A DNA stretch of 43,933 nt, taken from NCBI RefSeq assembly GCF_001194135.2, contig NC_068982.1, positions 154,706,362 through 154,750,294 on the forward strand, read 5' to 3'. This stretch comes from Octopus bimaculoides. Lineage: Eukaryota. The position numbers were made by a program, and so were the translations under genes. Under the pieces are notes generated by a model. That model was not told where the DNA came from and did no database searches. It saw nothing but the letters and a program-made list of their open reading frames with translations. This document shows, in pieces, positions 13,520-26,524 of this stretch; position 1 is the first letter of the stretch; every line of letters begins with the position of its first letter.

Positions 13520-13580
13520 ATATTATATTATACTATATTATATTATATTATATTATATTTTATTATATTATATCATATTA
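13520..13580. repeat. (ATATT)n pentanucleotide microsatellite
   Basis: Directly visible tandem ATATT units. Confidence 0.9.
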
Positions 13581-14557
13581 ACGATGTGCTGTATAATTAT
13601 GCGTCTTGCATAATTATTCTTCCATTCATATAGTTAAATTAAACTGCATGTCCCAATTTGTGTATTGAATAATTGATTAAATAAATATACAATATAAAGT
13701 TTTACTCAGGAGAGGAAAAACACCGCAATAAGTTGTTCATATTCTTCCTTACCTTATAAACAGGCTGAAATACTTTGGCATCAGTAGTTGTTTACGTAGG
13801 CAGCTAGAGATTAGTTTAGAAGTTAAATAAAAGGGAAAGATTGAAGAACAAAGTTACTTATGAATAGAACATACAGTGTGACAGGGCTTGTTGGAACGTT
13901 TGTATAGTTTGGCGAAACAAACCAATTTTCCATTGAATAATATAACTTTCCCTCTTATTTCTAAGATGGTTTAGGAATATGTAGCTGTATTATATATTGC
14001 ATTTCGAAAGAATGGTGTGTGGGAAGTTGATATTTATGCAGTAAATCTTACAAAATTTACATCTTACAAAATATGGTCTTGCTAATTATTCCAGTATTTT
14101 GTCTACTCAAGTTTGATTTATCAGTTAAAAAGTAATGACTAATTTTGAGTTACTATAATTTGAATAATTAAAAATAAAATAAAAATGAGCTATTGGAAAT
14201 AACTCAAATAGGCTAAGACCATGAATTTGGATTAATAAAGAGGATAAGGTAGTACTAAATACAAAAAAAAATTATTAATGAATTGAATCTGAAACATGCG
14301 TACTTATATGTTTATTGTTTGTATGTGTACATGCGACATGTTAAAATTCTGCCATACTTCACATATTTCCACAGTTCTATTTAAATCTTGTATGGATGTG
14401 CGCATGCATTATTTATGTATGAAATAAATGAGTGGATTTATCGATAAGTCTTTGTGCGTGCGTTTTTGTAATTGAATGTAGGATATTTGTGCATACGAAT
14501 ACAGGCTAATTTTGTGCCCACTTGAATGGAGTGATGATCCATACAAACTTACATCTA

Positions 14558-14604
<47 letters not shown>

Positions 14605-15293
14605 TACATATATTCCATATGTACATACATCTGTACATACATTATTTTACTACAACACATATATTCTTACATCCATATCAGTTCTGGTTTGAGTGTTTTT
14701 ATGTGCTTTTTTTCAGGGAGAGGGAAACTAAAAACCTGTAAAACTCACAACAGCTTTTATCATATAGCTCAAAGATTTGATAAGCTATTAAGAAGCACAG
14801 TTAACTGCACCGGAGGCTATTTTGGGAATCTACGGCTGTAAAGTGTAAATAAAGGGTGAAGGTTAAGAGAAAAATCTGTTGCCTTGTTATCAATGATTTT
14901 GGTGAATACAGTGAGTCTTTAACGATAAAATACAGACATTGTTAAAACAATGTTAGATATTTATTTCTTAATAGCTGTTTCTCACTATCAGTGCCTAATG
15001 GAAGTGATGATAACTCTTAAGACAACACTGCTATGTCATCTGTAACTAATATGTCAATGGTGTCAACGACTACCATCGGACTTTTAGATCAGTGTTTTCT
15101 GTTTTCCAACCTTTTAACGGTGACGCACATTCGCTGTACTAAAAATTACGTGTGTGCGTGTGCATGTGCGCGCGCGCGTGTATGTGTGTGTTTGTATAAC
15201 TTGTGCATGTTTGCGTATGTGCGCGCATGTGTGCGCGTGTATCTGTTCGGACAAACAGACAGACTGATAGATAGATAGATAGATAGATAGATT

Positions 15294-15326
<33 letters not shown>

Positions 15327-15498
15327 AATTGAAATAGACAGCAATTTGAAATTTTTTTACCAAAAAGGGAAACTACAGGTCTCACTAAATGAGACTAGGG
15401 TATTAGAAACACCTACAGTGCAAGAAATAAGAGCTAAAATGCTCTAATGTTAAAGTCAAAGCATTTCATTGTATACATACAGAGACAGACAGACAGAC

Positions 15499-15569
<71 letters not shown>

Positions 15570-16227
15570 NNNNNNNNNNNNNNNNNNNNNNNNNNNNNNN
15601 NNNNNNNNNNNNNNNNNNNNNNNNNNNNNNNNNNNNNNNNNNNNNNNNNNNNNNNNNNNNNNNNNNNNNNNNNNNNNNNNNNNNNNNNNNNNNNNNNNNN
15701 NNNNNNNNNNNNNNNNNNNNNNNNNNNNNNNNNNNNNNNNNNNNNNNNNNNNNNNNNNNNNNNNNNNNNNNNNNNNNNNNNNNNNNNNNNNNNNNNNNNN
15801 NNNNNNNNNNNNNNNNNNNNNNNNNNNNNNNNNNNNNNNNNNNNNNNNNNNNNNNNNNNNNNNNNNNNNNNNNNNNNNNNNNNNNNNNNNNNNNNNNNNN
15901 NNNNNNNNNNNNNNNNNNNNNNNNNNNNNNNNNNNNNNNNNNNNNNNNNNNNNNNNNNNNNNNNNNNNNNNNNNNNNNNNNNNNNNNNNNNNNNNNNNNN
16001 NNNNNNNNNNNNNNNNNNNNNNNNNNNNNNNNNNNNNNNNNNNNNNNNNNNNNNNNNNNNNNNNNNNNNNNNNNNNNNNNNNNNNNNNNNNNNNNNNNNN
16101 NNNNNNNNNNNNNNNNNNNNNNNNNNNNNNNNNNNNNNNNNNNNNNNNNNNNNNNNNNNNNNNNNNNNNNNNNNNNNNNNNNNNNNNNNNNNNNNNNNNN
16201 NNNNNNNNNNNNNNNNNNNNNNNNNNG

Positions 16228-16357
16228 CATTTCGCGAGCCGTGTCTATAGAGCTTATCCCGAACGGGTAGCGCTTCTCGGTAGCACTGCCAGGCCAGGGA
16301 TCTCTGGAAGTTGTCCATAGGTCCCGGCCCGAAAGTCGTCCTGAACAGGCGGGTCAG
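16228..16357 (-). mobile_element. Tx1/L1-type LINE 3' fragment (region just before the C-terminal zinc finger), running into an N-gap
   Basis: GC-rich island. Stop-free minus frame LTRLFRTTFGPGPMDNFQRSLAWQCYREALPVRDKLYRHGSRN resembles the L1/Tx1 zf-RVT lead-in W...ALP....L.RHG. Confidence 0.65.
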
Positions 16358-16365
16358 ATAGATAT

Positions 16366-16418
<53 letters not shown>

Positions 16419-16617
16419 CACACGAGTGCATCCACAGACACAGGTACACACTAAACACTGTAGCCATCATTTGCAACATTGTATGACTTGGTAGCACGTA
16501 CCGTAGTTTTGCTATTTGTTTTAAGTGATTATGTATCCTCAACTACAGCAATGTGAAATATAGAGCCTTAGCTGACGGACACAATGTACTCATGCAGTCA
16601 ACACCATAAGCCTTAAG

Positions 16618-16685
<68 letters not shown>

Positions 16686-16843
16686 CACACACACACACAC
16701 ATATATATATAGGGAGAGAGAGAAAGAAGAGAGTGAACTGGAGGGGGAAAAGTGGTGGGGGAGCAAAATTAGGAAGAATGCGATTGTCCTTGTGGATAAT
16801 CAACTGGCTGTCAATCATAAGGTCATGATATAAGAATATATAT

Positions 16844-16918
16844 GTGCACTTGGTTAAGTGGTTAAGGTATTAAGCTGAAGATCCTAAGGTCGTGAGTTCG
16901 ATTTCTGGTGGCGTGTTG
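16844..16918 (+). mobile_element. tRNA-like SINE head fragment (not a functional tRNA)
   Basis: A-box-like TGGTTAAGTGGTTAAGG and B-box GAGTTCGATTTC, followed directly by (TA)n; no acceptor stem closure. Confidence 0.5.
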
Positions 16919-16923
16919 TATAT

Positions 16924-16973
<50 letters not shown>

Positions 16974-17413
16974 NNNNNNNNNNNNNNNNNNNNNNNNNNN
17001 NNNNNNNNNNNNNNNNNNNNNNNNNNNNNNNNNNNNNNNNNNNNNNNNNNNNNNNNNNNNNNNNNNNNNNNNNNNNNNNNNNNNNNNNNNNNNNNNNNNN
17101 NNNNNNNNNNNNNNNNNNNNNNNNNNNNNNNNNNNNNNNNNNNNNNNNNNNNNNNNNNNNNNNNNNNNNNNNNNNNNNNNNNNNNNNNNNNNNNNNNNNN
17201 NNNNNNNNNNNNNNNNNNNNNNNNNNNNNNNNNNNNNNNNNNNNNNNNNNNNNNNNNNNNNNNNNNNNNNNNNNNNNNNNNNNNNNNNNNNNNNNNNNNN
17301 NNNNNNNNNNNNNNNNNNNNNNNNNNNNNNNNNNNNNNNNNNNNNNNNNNNNNNNNNNNNNNNNNNNNNNNNNNNNNNNNNNNNNNNNNNNNNNNNNNNN
17401 NNNNNNNNNNNNN

Positions 17414-17483
<70 letters not shown>

Positions 17484-17487
<4 letters not shown>

Positions 17488-17651
17488 TCCACCCACCATC
17501 GCTTAACAACTGATGTTGGTGTGTTTATGCCCGATAGAATAAGTACTAGACTTACAAAGAGTAAGTCCTGAGGTCGATTTCTTCGACTGAAACCCTTTGA
17601 GGCGGTGCTCCAGCATCGCCGCAGTAAAATGACTGAAACATGTAAAAGAAT
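17484..17651 (+). mobile_element. SINE family B, 3' half
   Basis: CATCGCTTAACAACTGATGTTGGTGTGTTT..GATAGAATAAGTACTAG..GGTCGATTTCTTCGACT..GGCGGTGCTCCAGCAT..GACTGAAACATGTAAAAGA. Confidence 0.85.
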
Positions 17652-18204
17652 ATACACACACACACAGACACACGGAGAGATATTAAGACAGAAACAGTTA
17701 AAGTAAGTAGTGTGTGTTTTTAGTAAACACATATTTGAGCAGGATAGTGAAAATTTGACCTGTGGATGAAATAATGTTCTTTTCTCTCTTTTTCTCTCTT
17801 TTTCTCTCTCCCTCTCTATTGAGAAAAACGAAAGAGAAAGAAAGAAAGAGATCTAATTAGTATTTTCAGTGTATATTACAGCTTCATCAAATATTCACAT
17901 CCAGCGAACAGAAAATATATAATTGCTATTTATAGTATAGAGAAACTTTGACAGAACTAAGTTGGCGTGTCTAATTTACATATCAGCACAAGCATTGACA
18001 ACGTGAATTAATAAATTAATAATGGTAGTAAGGAAATATAGTTTTCACTGCGAGGCTAAAATATTTGTCAAAAACAAATTTCTTAAACCTAGCTTATCCA
18101 CGCGCAATGTTCTTAATTATTGATGTGCATGTGCGTGTGTGCGTGAATGTAATTTATATAGACATGTGTATTATATATCTATTATTTATATGTAATATAT
18201 CATG

Positions 18205-18545
18205 TATCAGTCATTGGACTGCAACCATGCTGGGGCGATGCCATGATGGTATGAGTTGAACAAATCAACTATAATATATATCTTATTCTTTTTGAACTCT
18301 GTTACTTATTTTATCTGTCACTTTTACCGAACCTGTAAGTTATGAAAACGGAAACAAACCAACGCCGGTTGCCAAGCAATGGGAGACTAACTAAAACACA
18401 AGGACATACATATATACATATTTATATGACGGGTTTCTGCACAGTTACTGTCAACCAAGTTCACTTACGGGGCATTGGAGCTGTACTTGCCTAAGGTGCC
18501 GCGCAGTAAGACAAGGACTAAGACCAACACCACATAGACAAGCTT
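18205..18545 (-). mobile_element. SINE family B, near full length, decayed
   Basis: Reverse complement matches both the 95-174 head (CACCTTAGGCAAGT) and the 17484-17651 tail. Confidence 0.7.
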
Positions 18546-18548
18546 ACG

Positions 18549-18584
<36 letters not shown>

Positions 18585-18705
18585 NNNNNNNNNNNNNNNN
18601 NNNNNNNNNNNNNNNNNNNNNNNNNNNNNNNNNNNNNNNNNNNNNNNNNNNNNNNNNNNNNNNNNNNNNNNNNNNNNNNNNNNNNNNNNNNNNNATATAT
18701 ACACA

Positions 18706-18748
<43 letters not shown>

Positions 18749-19559
18749 TAAATAATTGATTAGGAATTTATTGTTAATTGTTCTAAATGAATTAATCACT
18801 ACAATTTCTACAATAATATTAACATTCTTTTGCCACTATGGGTAATATCAAGAAAAATGACATAAATACAATAATTACAATCTAGCTTTTTTATCAAAAT
18901 ATTCTTTGTTGTAAAAAAAAAAAATACATGTAAATTTACCCGTCACATGAAGGGTAATACTCTAGATTCATATATAATAAATGTTGTATGTGGTTTTCCA
19001 TGCATGCAAGTCATCCGTTTTCACGCCAGCGATATTGTACAAGAGAAAGATCGGAACGTTGCAACTTGACACTGATAATGTTGTAGTCGTTGCTGTCAGA
19101 ATTCAGAGAACCGGAACAGCAGGACAACATGTCCTACGCTCTAACAATTTCGCTAAACCACCACCAGGACTGATGCATATTAACACCAGAAGAATGAATT
19201 ACAGAGTTGGCCTCAGCGGGATTTGTATTCTGACCGCAGAGAACAAATACTGCAAAGTCTAACCAATATTCTATATTACAAACATATTTTGTATTCGGAA
19301 TCTCATGTAAATATACAACAGTTTATCAATAAAAGTTCGTAGAATATAAAATGAGTTGCCAGAAAGAGTGAAAAACGTAATATTTCTGATACTTATCCAT
19401 ACACAAAGACAATTTATTGGAAACGTTGAATTTTTCATTCCTGTCGGAAAACCAGCACATTTTATTTATGTCTTTTACCGAAAAACTTTTACATATTTTA
19501 CTGTACACTCATATTTTTTCGTGTGCGTTAAACGTTCTTTGGAATTAAACCGAAATTAG

Positions 19560-19945
19560 CCTTTTCTTGTTGTTGGCCTTGAAAGTACCCTCTCCTACCC
19601 CTACCCCACTCAGGGGCGGATTATTCCTATTGAGAAACTGGGCTGCGTCTTCAGGGACGGTACATAGGAAATGGGTATCTAAAAGGGTAGGTTTGTGTGT
19701 GGGGTCGTGCGTAGGCGCCTTACAGAGAGGATAGTGTAACAAATGTCTGTTTTGATTTATATGGTGTAGGTGTTGGTTTAGTTAGTTCTGAGTTTGGCGA
19801 AATTGATTAGGTTATGCCTGGGTAGTGTTTGATCGTTTGTGTTGATATCTGGAGCGGGAGAATGGTAAGTACAAGGTTCTGAGTCTGGCCAGTGTGCTTG
19901 GCATGTGCCTGTGTAGTGTTCGTTACTGCCTGTTGATGTCTGAGA
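19560..19945 (-). mobile_element. I-group (Ingi/Vingi/Nimb-like) LINE 3' end with decayed CCHC region
   Basis: Minus frames: HMPSTLARLRTLYLPF.. and PLCKAPTHDPTHKPTLLDTHFLCTVPEDAAQFL. These resemble TLAQLR.G..P.L and CP.C...HD..HLF.CP.KPT.L...LW..P...A.FL; a short CAACAACAAG tail follows. Confidence 0.6.
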
Positions 19946-20239
19946 TATGTTAGTGAGGGGATGTTTAGTATTTTATGTGGACACTTATAAGGTACACATT
20001 TACAGCTTGTGTGTGTGTGGAGTGTGCGTGCGTGCGCGCATATTGCTTTCGTTCGACTATTATATCGAGTGTAGCAGATATGTCAGTGCTATTGTTTTAT
20101 TTGTGAAAAACTATGTATTTTATTTTCTTGGTGGTTAAGGTTGTTCACTGGAAGAGGCTTCTTTCTGCCAACCCCACATGGATGTAGGGAGTGTGTTGTG
20201 TGATGAGTGATGAGTATGCTTTCTTTGGATGTTTCTGAT

Positions 20240-20450
20240 GTTGTTATTGTCTTCGCCGCCGTTGTTGTTGCTGCTACAGTTGTTGAAGATGTTGCTTGTT
20301 GTCATTGTTGTTGTTATTGTTGTTGTTGTTGGCGGCGGTGGTGGTGGTGGTGATGGTATCGTTGTTGCTGCTATTATTAACACTGTTTTTGTTCTTATTG
20401 NNNNNNNNNNTGTTGCTGCTATTATTAACACTGTTTTTGTTCTTATTGAA
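20240..20450. repeat. (TTG)n/(GGT)n compound repeat with a 38-bp duplication across a 10-N gap
   Basis: TGTTGCTGCTATTATTAACACTGTTTTTGTTCTTATTG occurs on both sides of NNNNNNNNNN (20401-20410); probable unmerged contig overlap. Confidence 0.8.
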
Positions 20451-21165
20451 TATGTTTACACCAAGCAAACATTTTGATCAGGCCATGGGTCAAAACATAT
20501 TTGAACTATGACCACTTCGCCCTTGCTGGCTCGTTCATGTTAATGTTACTACAGCAGTTGTTGTGGTCGCTGTTTTTTTGTTTTTTTTTGTTATTATTGT
20601 CGTCATTGCTGTTGTTGTCCTTGTGGCCTCCTATTCAAGAGCCTGGTCCTATTTTTAAAGAAACACGGTTGTGTTTATTAGGACGAACCGTAGGAAATGT
20701 GTACCTAGTCGTGTAATTACGGGCAATGAAAAAGATATGTAGTGTACTGCGTAGACATTTTACAGATGAGATGAAGTAGCATAATGAAGTAATTACTTTA
20801 TAAAGAATATTCAGATTTAAAGTTTAAAATAACGCTTTTTTTAATTCATGTAATAAAACACAACCAATTTCAGCTGATAGCATTGGGTGAACTAAGATGG
20901 CAATCGTGTATATATTGCCCTACGCCCATTTATAGTCGTCATAAAATCTGTAAAACATGTGTGATTATACACATGAGAGTAGTTTCGTACTAAAGTTGCA
21001 AGACTTAATAATATATGTCAAATTACAATTGATGATATTTATAGAATAATGAATAAAGTGGAGTAATTCGAAACTGAACTTATGTAAGGCTGTCATCAAA
21101 GGCCCGTTAACTGATTTCCCGGTTTGTCTTTACCAGTAGCAGATTCTACATGATTTCATGATTTC

Positions 21166-21291
21166 ATGAGCAATGAATTCTCCATCAGTTTCGACGACGA
21201 GCAGTCAGGTGAGGGATCAATTGAATTCCTTCCTACTCGTGATATTGACGTGCAAATGGTTCAGTATTCCTCAGATGCGTGTGTCATTAGT
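21166..21291 (+). CDS. Candidate first coding exon of an unidentified host gene
   Basis: ATG preceded by an in-frame stop; 42 codons MSNEFSISFDDEQSGEGSIEFLPTRDIDVQMVQYSSDACVIS ending at GTAAGT. Alternative donor CAG|GTGAGG at 21209; upstream acceptor TTTGTCTTTACCAG/TAGCAG. No homolog recognised. Confidence 0.25.
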
Positions 21292-21990
21292 GTAAGTATC
21301 AGATCGAATCAGCATGACACAATTTGATGAGGTTAGAGAGAGATCGAGAAAGGAGAAGGAGGAGGAGGAGGAGGAGNNNNNNNNNNNNNNNNNNNNNNNN
21401 NNNNNNNNNNNNNNNNNNNNNNNNNNNNNNNNNNNNNNNNNNNNNNNNNNNNNNNNNNNNNNNNNNNNNNNNNNNNNNNNNNNNNNNNNNNNNNNNNNNN
21501 NNNNNNNNNNNNNNNNNNNNNNNNNNNNNNNNNNNNNNNNNNNNNNNNNNNNNNNNNNNNNNNNNNNNNNNNNNNNNNNNNNNNNNNNNNNNNNNNNNNN
21601 NNNNNNNNNNNNNNNNNNNNNNNNNNNNNNNNNNNNNNNNNNNNNNNNNNNNNNNNNNNNNNNNNNNNNNNNNNNNNNNNNNNNNNNNNNNNNNNNNNNN
21701 NNNNNNNNNNNNNNNNNNNNNNNNNNNNNNNNNNNNNNNNNNNNNNNNNNNNNNNNNNNNNNNNNNNNNNNNCTGAATATGCTAAATCCACAGCATCCAT
21801 CCGCTCTTCTCATGAAATAGAGTGGATCCATTGCTTCTGTAAAACACTTTCTTGAGATCTACAAGATACATTCACATCTAAGATGAGAAAAGAAATCACC
21901 TACTAGATCTGTTATTACTGTGCCACCATGAAATAAAAGATTTCTTTCATACATTATTATATTATTACGTTAATATTGTCAAAGGCTTTT

Positions 21991-22140
21991 CCACCGAGGT
22001 CGGCTTTGCCTTTCATCCTTTCGGGGTTGATTAAATAAGTACCAGTTACGCACTGGGGTCGTTGTAATCGACTTAATCCCTTTTTCTGTCCTTGTTTATC
22101 TCCTCTATGCTTAGCGCCTTGTGGGCAATAAAGAAATAAC
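21991..22140 (+). mobile_element. SINE family A subfamily, 5'-truncated, with perfect 17-bp TSD
   Basis: TATTGTCAAAGGCTTTT at 21974-21990 and 22141-22157 flanks CCACCGAGGTCGGCTTTGCC..GGGCAATAAAGAAATAAC. Confidence 0.9.
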
Positions 22141-22159
22141 TATTGTCAAAGGCTTTTAC

Positions 22160-22305
22160 ATTCTGAGTTCAAATTCCGCCGAGGTCATCTTTACCTATCA
22201 TCCTTTCAGAGTCGACAAAATAAGTATCAGTTGAGCAATGGAGTCGCTGCAATCGACTTAGCTCCTCCCGCGATCTTGCTGGCCTTATGCCATAATTTGA
22301 AATTT
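22160..22305 (+). mobile_element. SINE family A, 5'-truncated
   Basis: TTCTGAGTTCAAATTCCGCCGAGGTC..AAAATAAGTATCAGTTGAGCA..AATTTGAAA. Confidence 0.85.
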
Positions 22306-22762
22306 AATTTTGTCCAGAGCTATACAGGTGTACTCTTTATCAATTCCAGAACTAGTTGGAGAATATTTTAGATGCACTCCGATAAAACTCCATAATCGAA
22401 ACCTGCAACTTGGTTTATTGCTGAGACTATTAAACCACTTCACACTGATGCTGCTAGTATTCCATTGTTTTAAGACCAGGTTTAATAATAATCTAATATA
22501 TGCTTGCTGGTTATACCTGGCTCAGTTTTCATGAGATTTATTAACCTGCATTCGGGAATATAGATAAAAACATTTTCATGATCCTTAAGCTTTAAATGCA
22601 GTCTGCGTTGAATGAGGTATTAAATACGATCGTCAAGTTTTGACTTGGTAACTAACTCCTTCACCCCATCGTTTACTATTTTGTATGCCCTAAGACTTGA
22701 TTTTCTGACAGCACACGCCAGCGTTGGCCACTAACGGACAAATTACACACACGCACACATAT

Positions 22763-22845
<83 letters not shown>

Positions 22846-23046
22846 AATGTAGTCGACACAATATAGTTAATTACAATGAAGTCGAATACATCATACATAG
22901 TTTGACGGCCTCGGATAAATGAACACCAAACTGCCACTGGAAGGATTTGAACTCATAGCGTAAAATATCACAATACAGAAGATCTTGACAATGATCTACT
23001 GACCCTATCATCATTATATGTGCACGTGTGTAAATATATAATATGC

Positions 23047-23145
<99 letters not shown>

Positions 23146-23189
23146 TGTGTGTGCATGATTAATGAAGTCATGCACGCATACACACACGT

Positions 23190-23385
23190 GATGGCAGAAA
23201 CGTTAGAGCGTCCTATAAAATATCTTGAGTACTTACGTAATGAGTTCAAAAACTTCCAGCTGCACTCTGCCGCTCATTCATCCGAGGATGTCAAGTTAAA
23301 TAACGAGGTTGATGTAATCAACTATATTGTGAAGGCTGTACCCAAATACGATCTCCTTCCATTAGTTAAACCAATGAAAGAATAT
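23190..23385 (+). mobile_element. Highly decayed SINE family A
   Basis: GGCAGAAACGTTAG..GAGTTCAAA..GGTTGATGTAATCAACT..AAACCAAT are in family order. Confidence 0.55.
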
Positions 23386-26300
23386 ATTTGAATCAAAAGG
23401 ATGTAAATCAATAAAAAATATCAACAAGGAACTTTGGTTTTCCATGAATTCCGCCACTCAGTAAAGAGTTCTTAGATATTCACACAAGATCACATGCAGT
23501 AATATTAATATAGAGCCCATGTTCATTTTTAACCTGTTAAAGCTTTCATTCTATATTCAATAGAATTAATCTATTTTATTGTCATTAATCAAAAAATGAT
23601 TAAAACACTTTATCCATTCTTAGCCACTTAAATAATTATTTCATCTTTAATTTAATGTGAACATATAAAGACTAATGTTTATGTAAATAAATCCCAATCG
23701 AAAGAAGTATTGAAAATTAGGATAACTAACCTGAATATCACAGAAAAATTAACTCTTCAAAATCCGATCATACTTTTAATGTTAACATTTGTAATGACTA
23801 GTTTATGATCCAGGAACAGTACATTTAGGGTTAGTCTATCTCCAGTACTTTATTACTAAATTATTCATCGACTTCAGACGGATGAAATATAAACTTGAAC
23901 TCGGTAGCACTTTTAACTCAAAATATGAAGGGATGTAACTAAATACCACTCAGAATCACTTACTGTACTACCTACTGTATTTTTATTTTTTTTAAAAGTC
24001 TGGTAAAATCTGGTAAAATCTGAAACTGTAAAATAGCAAAGCGTAATGAACTCGGATAAGAATTAAGGAGAATACCCCATTATATACGTGATTGTTTAGG
24101 ATTTTATGTTGTTACAAATGTTATTAACAGAGAAAACAATTCGAATATGTCTATTCAAATTTAATTTATTTTACTTAATACTTCCAGTCAAATCGGCTAC
24201 TGCTTCCCACTACCAAGTAGGAGCCTTACTTGATTTTTGTTTATAATTTTCGGTTTGGGATTCCATTACTCCAGCTATTGTCAGTTATACCCAGTTCATC
24301 GAACTAATTACATCTTGTTCGTTATGGTTTTCCGTTTATTTCATTTTATTTTATTTCATTGGTGGTGGCGTTGTGTTACATCTCGAAATTCAGTCTATCA
24401 TCTTTTTCGTCCATCTGCTAATGCTCACATGTAATTCCATTCAGGTAAAAAAAATCGACTAACCTGAGAACCATTTTCTACATCAAACGTGTTTCTAAAA
24501 TATCTGTTCTTGTTGTTACTGTTGCCTGATCCCAAGTCATCATTGATCAGGGAGAGAGTTATGATCAGAAGTATTAAAGCCATTACAATTGCGTCTTTTT
24601 TTATTTATTATTTTTTCACACATGCAATACACCAGATACATTTTCTCATCTGCCCTGATGGAAAGTTCAGCTGTTGCCTCAACTGGAGTTCAATTAGATA
24701 TCGTGACCCGACCCAATAAATTATGTTTATTTCCTTAAAATATATGAGCACAAATATGACATAAATATTTACTTCGCTACCACGTCTTCCTGATAGGATC
24801 CCACTGCGCGAGACGTTGGACAGGTGTCTTCCAATACAACCTTTGGTTGATTAATACCTTGTGAGTAGGATTTCATTTGGTTATTGGAAACTACGCGGAA
24901 GATCGTCATATTTACATTTGTATGTGTGTGTGTGTATGCTTGCATACATACACACACACACACACACATATATATATATGTGCATGTATGTGCATGTGTT
25001 TATGTGTGTATGTATATGTATGTGCATGTGTGTATATGTATATGTATTGTGAAGTCCTAGTCAAATTGATCTCCACAATAAATTTGTCTCTTCTATTAGT
25101 TTAGATTCACATCAACCGTAAATGTTTTGTTCTTCTTCAAAGTACTTTTAAATAATAACATTTCGACATGTGACTGTGCGTATGTCTGCGCTTATGACAG
25201 CTCATTCGTCAAATTAGACGATGAATTTGCAGGTTTGTTAGATCAACCCGAAGTCATTATTTTTTCGGGGTATTTTTCTTCTCTTTTTTGTTTTATATAT
25301 ATTTTTTATGGCGAAAAACAGCTGTGTGCATATCGGAGTCACTTTCATCCTTACACTCAAGGCGACTGAGCATCAAGATGAATATGCGATTACCAACGTG
25401 GCTGAAGGGATTCCTAGACCTCTCGGTATCATGTAACTAGCCTGGGCTGCAATTCATCATACTAGATGATAGCCCAGAATCATAGCTGCGAGTCATTTCA
25501 CTACAATGTATTACCACAGTTGAGTTTAAAGCCATTCATTGAAATTAAATGAAAACCTATCATTCACAATAAGCACATATTTACATCTTTATTGAAAGAC
25601 GTTATTTCTCCTCATTTCATCTATGCTCTCTCTCTATCTCTCTCTCNNNNNNNNNNNNNNNNNNNNNNNNNNNNNNNNNNNNNNNNNNNNNNNNNNNNNN
25701 NNNNNNNNNNNNNNNNNNNNNNNNNNNNNNNNNNNNNNNNNNNNNNNNNNNNNNNNNNNNNNNNNNNNNNNNNNNNNNNNNNNNNNNNNNNNNNNNNNNN
25801 NNNNNNNNNNNNNNNNNNNNNNNNNNNNNNNNNNNNNNNNNNNNNNNNNNNNNNNNNNNNNNNNNNNNNNNNNNNNNNNNNNNNNNNNNNNNNNNNNNNN
25901 NNNNNNNNNNNNNNNNNNNNNNNNNNNNNNNNNNNNNNNNNNNNNNNNNNNNNNNNNNNNNNNNNNNNNNNNNNNNNNNNNNNNNNNNNNNNNNNNNNNN
26001 NNNNNNNNNNNNNNNNNNNNNNNNNNNNNNNNNNNNNNNNNNNNNNNNNNNNNNNNNNNNNNNNNNNNNNNNNNNNNNNNNNNNNNNNNNNNNNNNNNNN
26101 NNNNNNNNNNNNNNNNNNNNNNNNNNNNNNNNNNNNNNNNNNNNNNNNNNNNNNNNNNNNNNNNNNNNNNNNNNNNNNNNNNNNNNNNNNNNNNNNNNNN
26201 NNNNNNNNNNNNNNNNNNNNNNNNNNNNNNNNNNNNNNNNNNNNNNNNNNNNNNNNNNNNNNNNNNNNNNNNNNNNNNNNNNNNNNNNNNNNNNNNNNNN

Positions 26301-26524
26301 NNNNNNNNNNNNNNNNNNNNNNNNNNNNNNNNNNNNNNNNNNNNNNNNNNNNNNNNNNNNNNNNNNNNNNNNNNNNNNNNNNNNNNNNNNNNNNNNNNNN
26401 NNNNNNNNNNNNNNNNNNNNNNNNNNNNNNNNNNNNNNNNNNNNNNNNNNNNNNNNNNNNNNNNNNNNNNNNNNNNNNNNNNNNNNNNNNNNNNNNNNNN
26501 NNNNNATATATATATATATATATA

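Noticed and set aside
14965-15000. Minus-strand CTGATAG..GAAACAGCT resembling the hammerhead family
   Set aside because: The core is wrong (CUGAUAG), helix II is absent and there is no flanking homology.
20363-20448. 38-bp exact direct repeat
   Set aside because: It straddles a 10-N placeholder gap and is most likely an unmerged assembly overlap.
23020-23391. Protein-like ORF tail MAETLERPIKYLEYLRNEFK..
   Set aside because: The DNA is a decayed family A SINE.
25320-25436. Open frame CVHIGVTFILTLKATEHQDEYAITNVAEGIPRPLGIM*
   Set aside because: Weak acceptor (AAAAACAG), no recognised homology; cannot be supported as an exon.
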